NCBI RefSeq assembly: GCF_000737315.1
Contig: NZ_JMCB01000007.1
Location: forward strand, 124,001-188,000
Direction of reading: 5' to 3'
Source: Hyalangium minutum
GTDB lineage: Bacteria > Myxococcota > Myxococcia > Myxococcales > Myxococcaceae
Length of the DNA stretch: 64,000 bases
Shown: positions 59,401 through 64,000 of the stretch, piece by piece
How the letters are laid out: the number at the start of each line of letters is the position of its first letter
Numbering within the stretch: position 1 is the stretch's first letter
Position numbers and translations under genes: made by a program
Notes under the pieces: model-generated
The model's input: the letters and a program-made list of their open reading frames with translations, nothing else
Databases searched by the model: none
What the model was told of the DNA's origin: nothing

Positions 59401-61768
59401 GGCCCGGATGGAGCTGGTGGCGGCGCTGGAGGCGGCGGGAGACATGAACGGCGCGCTCACCGAGCTGCGCCAGGCGGTGCGCTTCGAGCCCGGCCATAAG
59501 GAGGCGTGGCTGATGTTGGCCGATCGCCTCACCGAGTGCGGGCAGATCGGTGAAGCGGCCTGGGCCATGGAGCACGCCGCCTCCGCGATGGAGGACGAGG
59601 CCGAGCGTCAGCGCGCCTGGGTCCGGCTGGCCAGCTTCTGCCACAAGGTGCTCAAGGATCCCACTCGCGCGGAGATGTACTCGCGGCGCGCGGAGAACCT
59701 CCGGCTCGCCCTGCAGGAGAAGGCCGCGCCTCCCGTCACCGATGCACCGCGCGGCCCTGCGCCCTACCGCGAAGGGGGCACTCGCACCCAGGTCCTGATG
59801 CCTCCTCCGGGCAACGTGGACCTGACGCCCTCGGGCCAGAGGTTCCCGCCCCTGGATGACGATCGTGGGACCGACGTCACCGATCCGGCCCCGAACCTCC
59901 CCGACCATGCCCGGCCGACCATCGAGTTCTCCGCGGTGAATTTCCCCGGGGACGCGATGCCGTTCTCCGACGAGGAGACGACAGCGACCGAGGCCCCCGA
60001 AGGGTTCGTGCCTCCGGGAGACGCTCCACCCGCCGCTCCGCCCGAGAAGGCCGCCAAGAGCGAGAAGGCTCCCAAGAGCGAGAAGGGGAGCAAGCCCGAG
60101 AAGAGCCCCCAGAGCGAGAAGGGGAGCAAGCCCGAGAAGGCCGCCGCAGTGCCCAAGAACCTGGGCAAGAAGCTCAAAATCGAGGCGCTGGATCCGTCCC
60201 GCGAGCTGGACTCGCTGCTCGGCGAGGAATTGGATGACACGGGGCACACCAGCCCGTCGCTGTCGGCCTGGAACATCAAGAGGCCCGTCCTTGTCCCTGC
60301 CACGCCGCAGAAGGAGAGCGCCCCGGCGCAGCCTCCCGCAGCCAGCGGACAGAAGCAGAAGCCTCCCCCGGAGAAGCCCGCCGCCGCCGAGCCGACGGAT
60401 CGGCCGAAGAAGCTGCGTCCCCAGGTGACGGAGGAGATGCCTCGGCACTTCACGCCCGATCCGGAGTCGCCGACCCGCGCCGCTGCGGCCCGGGAGGTGA
60501 CCGCACCTGGGCGCCGAGGCGGCGCGAAGCCTCCTCCCGCTCCGGAATCCCCCGCCGCTCGGAGCACTGCCCCCACCCCGAACGCCACCGGGAGCCGTCC
60601 AGCGGCAGTGGCCTCTCCCCAGGCCCCCAGTGCCTCGGGAGCGCAGCGCGGGGCCCAGCGCCGGACGTCCGCGGAAGACGCCCTCGCCCAGGTCTCGCCC
60701 CAGGAGTCGGAAGGACCGCCCTCGCTCGGCAGTGGGCCCGTCCAGAACACCGCGTTCATCTCCTGGGAGGCGCCGCCCGGGAAGATGGAGCCTGTGCGCC
60801 GCATGGCGCGCGCCCGCAGCGGGGCTCCCACCAAGGCTCCGCTGCCCGAGCATGGCTCCGAGCCCGCGGTGTTCAAGCAGGTGCGGGAGCACCCGCTCGA
60901 TGGTGAGCTCTACGCGGAGATCGCGCAGTACTTCGACAGCCGCGGTGACGCCCAGCGCGCCGAGCTGATGCGCGAGATCTCCGACGCGCTCGTGGGCCGG
61001 GAGGGGGCTGCGGCCCGGCCCCCGCGCCGTCCGCTCTCCCCAGAGGACCGCTCTGGACTGCGCCATCCGATTCTGCGCTCGCCTTCGGGCGAGCTGCTCA
61101 CGTGCGTGGGCGTGGCGCTCTGCCGGCTCTTCCCCACGCATGGCCGCGCCGCCGGAACCACCGAGCGGCTGCGCCCGAACCAGGGGTTGGGGGCTTCGGC
61201 CGCCCTTGAGGCCCTCCAGACCACCGAGCGCCTCCTCGGCATCGAGGCGCCGGCGGTGCTGCTCTCCGAGGACAACGGTCCTCCGTTCTCGCTCGTCTTC
61301 ACCACCGAGCCCCGGCTGCTGGTGGGCAAGCAGGCGGTGCGGCAGGTGCTGCCCGCTCCAGAGCTGCGCTTCTACGCCGGGCGCGCGCTGCTCTGCCTGG
61401 GGCCGGATCTGCTGGCCCTGCGCAGCCTCAAGAAGGACCAGGTGCTGCGAGGCCTGGCGCTGTTCTCCTCGGTGATGAAGGATCCTCGCGCCGATGGCCT
61501 GGAGGCCCGCGTGGTGCGCGAGACCCTGACGCCCAAGCAGCTGGAGCGGGCCATGGCGCTGTACGGCCCCGCGACGCGCCAGTTCGACGTGTCGGCGCTG
61601 GCGGACGGAGCGCGCGATTCCTCCAACCGCGCGGGGCTGATCGCCTGCGGCGCGGTGGGCCCGGCGCTCGCGGCGCTGAGGATGAAGCGGGCCCTGGAGC
61701 GCGAGGTGGTGGAGCTGGTGCGCTTCGCCGCCTCGGAGCGCTACTTCCAGCTGCGCTCTCAGCGCTGA
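56480..61768 (+). CDS. Giant TPR-like protein with long Pro/Ala/Glu/Ser-rich linkers
   Basis: 1762 aa; helical TPR-like blocks separated by low-complexity repeats; C-terminal LRHP..ELRFYAGRAL domain. Confidence 0.85.
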   Translation: MGGVRNGKSGPEPGESGARQETLAVDPASAKADGPVSGKVEQHLQVASGLLRERQAPKAFGELVRASRSLPMTRRLAAALVAVSLRAGTEAAAITILSSAVGKAEGTVRRDVYRQLARVLRRVEQFPRAIEALESLLASFPGDHGSRRVLQHLLERTGKWEALVASLETEAQEAFVRAEYARAARAASWRARIQAEQMRNLARAAESYGKAANYLEQMGDAGGAFAVRLDGLRVMHGAGASEAVLTAAASVCMSAAARLGRDAQARQVLEELKLIPVQPKPPPTETSPGFELATAALDVDVRKVDVFPPELESWLARPVKQIAETLSRPVAETQPAPPRAPAPKPAGPSEEADVPRPPEPPLRASPSASRTARPAATVEMSLPLLQAMIAASASGKGVGAPPSPVQAAPAVAPAQPPAPSAPAPVEAAVPSPEASSTVESAAPSAPLGEAAALPGAEPVNPVDAHAEVVAASGPEPVSPVEGETGSAAAPSLEPVSSIEGETESAAAPSPEPVSPIEGEDAAVAAPSLEPVSPVESEAEAVAAPSSEPASSGDDQAGAVAALAAEPTSPAGAEAQAVEAPSAESVRAAEPESESVEVPSAEPSISAEAPAEPAAPSAEQVEAAAVPSSEVASSPAPEIEAAEAAAAASGPAQAEPPSAEAEDVEAFAAPQEEGAAPSMSELLEIPDEGSSHRAPPVASQDGEESGEDSEEPDTSAQEPWEDPEAEHRLEASLIARKSWRELAQFYLSRADAAKDPMLRAEALTRLAELMEDELGDPSGAARIYREIVTLTGDRDALKEQVRLLGQRGDSQLVRRALDEAVQTARTPKARAAAYLTRAERSLEAGDPAKAKADFETAEALTPGMLLVLAGLVRCVSNAERPLLAQRLRSALAAAPRRSPDRLDALRVLASVAEDLLKDAKLAQWAWTEVLAEDPSETRAHERLLELARALKDGAALSQLLREQISRDPRGPAARQARMELVAALEAAGDMNGALTELRQAVRFEPGHKEAWLMLADRLTECGQIGEAAWAMEHAASAMEDEAERQRAWVRLASFCHKVLKDPTRAEMYSRRAENLRLALQEKAAPPVTDAPRGPAPYREGGTRTQVLMPPPGNVDLTPSGQRFPPLDDDRGTDVTDPAPNLPDHARPTIEFSAVNFPGDAMPFSDEETTATEAPEGFVPPGDAPPAAPPEKAAKSEKAPKSEKGSKPEKSPQSEKGSKPEKAAAVPKNLGKKLKIEALDPSRELDSLLGEELDDTGHTSPSLSAWNIKRPVLVPATPQKESAPAQPPAASGQKQKPPPEKPAAAEPTDRPKKLRPQVTEEMPRHFTPDPESPTRAAAAREVTAPGRRGGAKPPPAPESPAARSTAPTPNATGSRPAAVASPQAPSASGAQRGAQRRTSAEDALAQVSPQESEGPPSLGSGPVQNTAFISWEAPPGKMEPVRRMARARSGAPTKAPLPEHGSEPAVFKQVREHPLDGELYAEIAQYFDSRGDAQRAELMREISDALVGREGAAARPPRRPLSPEDRSGLRHPILRSPSGELLTCVGVALCRLFPTHGRAAGTTERLRPNQGLGASAALEALQTTERLLGIEAPAVLLSEDNGPPFSLVFTTEPRLLVGKQAVRQVLPAPELRFYAGRALLCLGPDLLALRSLKKDQVLRGLALFSSVMKDPRADGLEARVVRETLTPKQLERAMALYGPATRQFDVSALADGARDSSNRAGLIACGAVGPALAALRMKRALEREVVELVRFAASERYFQLRSQR
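57848..58280 (+). repeat. In-frame ~54-bp (18 aa) tandem repeat x~8
   Basis: EPVSPVEGETGSAAAPSL / EPVSSIEGETESAAAPSP / EPVSPIEGEDAAVAAPSL... Confidence 0.9.
60043..60150 (+). repeat. In-frame 18-bp (6 aa) tandem repeat x6
   Basis: EKAAKS EKAPKS EKGSKP EKSPQS EKGSKP EKAAAV. Confidence 0.9.
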
Positions 61769-61774
61769 GCCGTC

Positions 61775-62626
61775 TCAGCCGCTCACTTGCAGCTTGAGGG
61801 TGAGCGCCAGCAGCCGGCCCTTGTCTCCGCCGAGATCATGCCGGTAGCCAAGGTCGATGCCGCCACCGGTCTCCGTCATGAAGCCCAGCCCGAAGCCCAG
61901 CTGCGAGGCCTTCTGGAACCCGTCATAGGTGTACCCCATGCGCACGGGGAACACCTGGCCGAGGATGTACTCGAAGCCACCGCTGTAGGTGAGGACGGTC
62001 TTGTCCCGGGACTCGAAGTCGGCGCGCACGTCCGCGCCCACCGTGAACAGCCCCGCGAGGTAACCGGTGTGGAGCGAGTAGTACCGCGTGAGCTCCACGT
62101 TGTGGGTGTCGATGAGGTTGTGCGCGGAGAAGCCCAGCGTGAGGCCATCGGACAGGCGCAGCAGCAGGCCACCATCCACCGTGGAGGCGTTGGTCTGCCG
62201 AGGGCCCGTCAGCTTCAGGTAATGCACGGACGTGCCGATGAAGATGCCCGGGGTAATGGGGAGGGCGAAGGCGAGCGTGCTGAAGTGGCCCGTGGTGCGG
62301 CCCTCGCCGCTGCGCAGGGAGAGGACGTGGTAGTCCAGCCCGGCGGCCAGGTCGCTCGTCTTGGCGTCCATCAGCGACACGCCGCCGAAGGCGTCCTTGC
62401 CCGAGGTGTCCCAGGAGCCGTGCAGCTCCATGCGGTACATCTTCCACAGGGCCATGGCGGCGGGGTTGCCCACCACGGCCTCGGTGCCCAACCCCAGCGC
62501 TCGGTAGGCCCCGCCCATGCCGTAGCCCCGGGCGCTGGTAATGTCGCGCAGATCGTCCACGTCGGACTGCGCATACACGGTGGTGGACAGACACAGCGCC
62601 AGCAGGACCATCAAGGGGCGAGGCAT
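61775..62626 (-). CDS. Outer-membrane beta-barrel protein (PorV/FadL-like)
   Basis: Signal peptide; SARGYGMGGAYRAL..GNPAAM motif; amphipathic strands. Confidence 0.8.
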   Translation of the reverse strand: MPRPLMVLLALCLSTTVYAQSDVDDLRDITSARGYGMGGAYRALGLGTEAVVGNPAAMALWKMYRMELHGSWDTSGKDAFGGVSLMDAKTSDLAAGLDYHVLSLRSGEGRTTGHFSTLAFALPITPGIFIGTSVHYLKLTGPRQTNASTVDGGLLLRLSDGLTLGFSAHNLIDTHNVELTRYYSLHTGYLAGLFTVGADVRADFESRDKTVLTYSGGFEYILGQVFPVRMGYTYDGFQKASQLGFGLGFMTETGGGIDLGYRHDLGGDKGRLLALTLKLQVSG

Positions 62627-62724
62627 GGGGAGCGCATCCTAACCGCCTTGATGCCGGGGGGGGCCATCACTAGATTCCGCACCCCATGTCCGCTCGTCCA
62701 CACCGGTTGTCGTTCCAGGGTCCC

Positions 62725-63483
62725 GTGAAGCGGGCCGTCTTTCTGCTCGGGATGCTCACTGCGCTGGCCGCGGGGGCGTATGTGCTGCCAGGAGGCTCCA
62801 TCCTGCGCCGCATGGTCGGAGCGCAGGACGAGTCCATGCCCAGCTCGCTGCGCGTAGAGGGCACGTGGGTGTTCTCTGGCTCCGGGGTGAAGGAGGCCGC
62901 GGGGGCGCTCCGGGTGCCCTTCGAGCGCTCCGAGCTGATCGCCGACGGCGCCATCCTCATCAAGACGCCGGGGCGCTGCCGCTTCGAGCTGTCCGTGCCG
63001 GAGGGCACCCGGCTGGCTGCTGTCCAGGCGAGCGGGCGCCGGCGTGCGGAGGGCGCGGAGCTCGCGCCGCTGATGGCGGCCCTGAGCCAGCTGTGCCCGG
63101 TGCTGGGCGTGCGCGCCTCGTCGGATCATGATCTCGCGACCCGGGATGCCGTGGAGCAGCACCTGCAGAGCCTGGGCATCGCCACGCGCACCACCTCGCT
63201 GGCGCGCTTCGGCGGCGAGGTGGCCTACGTGCTCGGCGAGCCGGAGGAGGGCAAGCCCCAGTTCTGGATCTACAAGGACGGCTTCCGTCCGGCCCGTGTG
63301 CGGTGGAAGGAGAAGACGGGCCCTGCATGGGACGTTCGCTTCATCGACTACACCTCTCCGGCCACCGGCGAGTGGATGCCGCGCAGCCTCGAGGTGTGGC
63401 GCGATGGCCAGCGCGTGCTGCGCTTCACCGCCATCAAGTCGGACACCCGCGCCGCATTGAACGACAAGCTCTTCGCACCCTGA
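62725..63483 (+). CDS. Hypothetical exported protein, possibly LolA-like fold
   Basis: GTG start with signal peptide; IKTPGRCRFE and FWIYKDGFRP..VRF.DY..WMPRSLEV. Confidence 0.65.
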   Translation: MKRAVFLLGMLTALAAGAYVLPGGSILRRMVGAQDESMPSSLRVEGTWVFSGSGVKEAAGALRVPFERSELIADGAILIKTPGRCRFELSVPEGTRLAAVQASGRRRAEGAELAPLMAALSQLCPVLGVRASSDHDLATRDAVEQHLQSLGIATRTTSLARFGGEVAYVLGEPEEGKPQFWIYKDGFRPARVRWKEKTGPAWDVRFIDYTSPATGEWMPRSLEVWRDGQRVLRFTAIKSDTRAALNDKLFAP

Positions 63484-63715
63484 GCGCTTTTCAAAACTGC
63501 AATGCGGAGCACGGGCGGAAATGCCGCCCAAAATGACCGCTAATTGCCCTCTGGGCAGGCAAGTGGAGCGCAGCCCGAGCCGTGGTAGGCCAGCGGAATT
63601 CATCGGCTCTTCGCGGGATGACGCAGTGCGCAGAAACTTTTCGGTAGCTCCCTGGACAATGGCAGACAGAGCCGACGCCCCTGGCCGGAGTTCGGGCGTC
63701 CCCAGGGACACGACC

Positions 63716-64000
63716 ATGCCCAAGCCCACTGCTCGCACCGCAGCCCCCCACGCGTTTCAGCTGAGGGAGGCCGCTGCTTCGGCGCTGAACCCGAACGCCC
63801 TCTTGCTGAAGTTCCTGCCCACGGGTGCGTCGGCGGCCACGGCGCGCCAGGACAGGCTGTCGGCGGGCATCGGCGCCTCGCACCGCATGGCGCTGGGGGA
63901 TCTGCCCCGGCTGCGGCGCTTCCAGATTGCCTTCGAGACCGTGGCGGTGAAGTACGGTTTGCCCCCGGCGCTCCTGGCCGCCATCGCCAGCCGCGAGTCT
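63716..64000 (+). CDS. Goose-type (g-type, GH23) lysozyme, 5' part only (absent from ORF track)
   Basis: Manual translation: ..PTGASAATARQDRLSAGIGASHRMALGDL..KYGLPPALLAAIASRES; matches g-lysozyme TGAS..TA..G..AS..A..DL..PA.IA.I.SRES with the catalytic Glu. Confidence 0.85.
   Translation, partial: MPKPTARTAAPHAFQLREAAASALNPNALLLKFLPTGASAATARQDRLSAGIGASHRMALGDLPRLRRFQIAFETVAVKYGLPPALLAAIASRES

Noticed and set aside
1196-61141. Many long antisense or alternate-frame ORFs (e.g. 1196-3676, 10854-13091, 34035-36476, 43640-45601, 52718-54991, 57737-61141)
   Set aside because: They shadow well-supported genes, are Arg/Gly/Ala/His-rich without motifs, and are expected from stop-codon scarcity in high-GC DNA
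1-64000. CRISPR array, rRNA or intact tRNA
   Set aside because: All tandem repeats seen are in-frame coding repeats without unique spacers; no full cloverleaf or rRNA signature was found

Overview
High-GC myxobacterial (Cystobacterineae-like) chromosomal window with about 50 real genes. Most of the long overlapping ORFs in the supplied track are antisense or shadow frames. Housekeeping and metabolic genes include a LysR regulator, glycosyltransferases, two SDRs, a PLP aminotransferase, PP2C, MepA-LysM, two PaaI thioesterases, GlnRS-YqeY (glnS), a porin, pirin, an MCP, an acyl-CoA dehydrogenase, an amidase, an RluA-family enzyme and an Hpt protein. These are interspersed with antagonism or predation-type genes: two Sit-type toxin/immunity pairs (SitA5-like, SitA6/SitI6), a secreted lipase-like hydrolase with a choice-of-anchor X partner, and a kelch lipoprotein. 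Two genes resemble animal innate-immunity effectors: a lipoprotein with a MACPF/CDC-like N-domain plus three Perforin-2/MPEG1 P2-like repeats (11052-12893), and a goose-type lysozyme cut by the window end (63716->64000). Next to the MACPF-like gene are a tmRNA-3'-end-like hairpin, an IS91-like transposase remnant and a molybdopterin oxidoreductase with atypical codon usage. Other notable items are a stand-alone degenerate sigma-70 region-4-like protein with a near-consensus promoter and a triple palindrome between glnS and the porin. No CRISPR array, rRNA or intact tRNA was seen. All family assignments come from motif recognition by eye; no searches were run.
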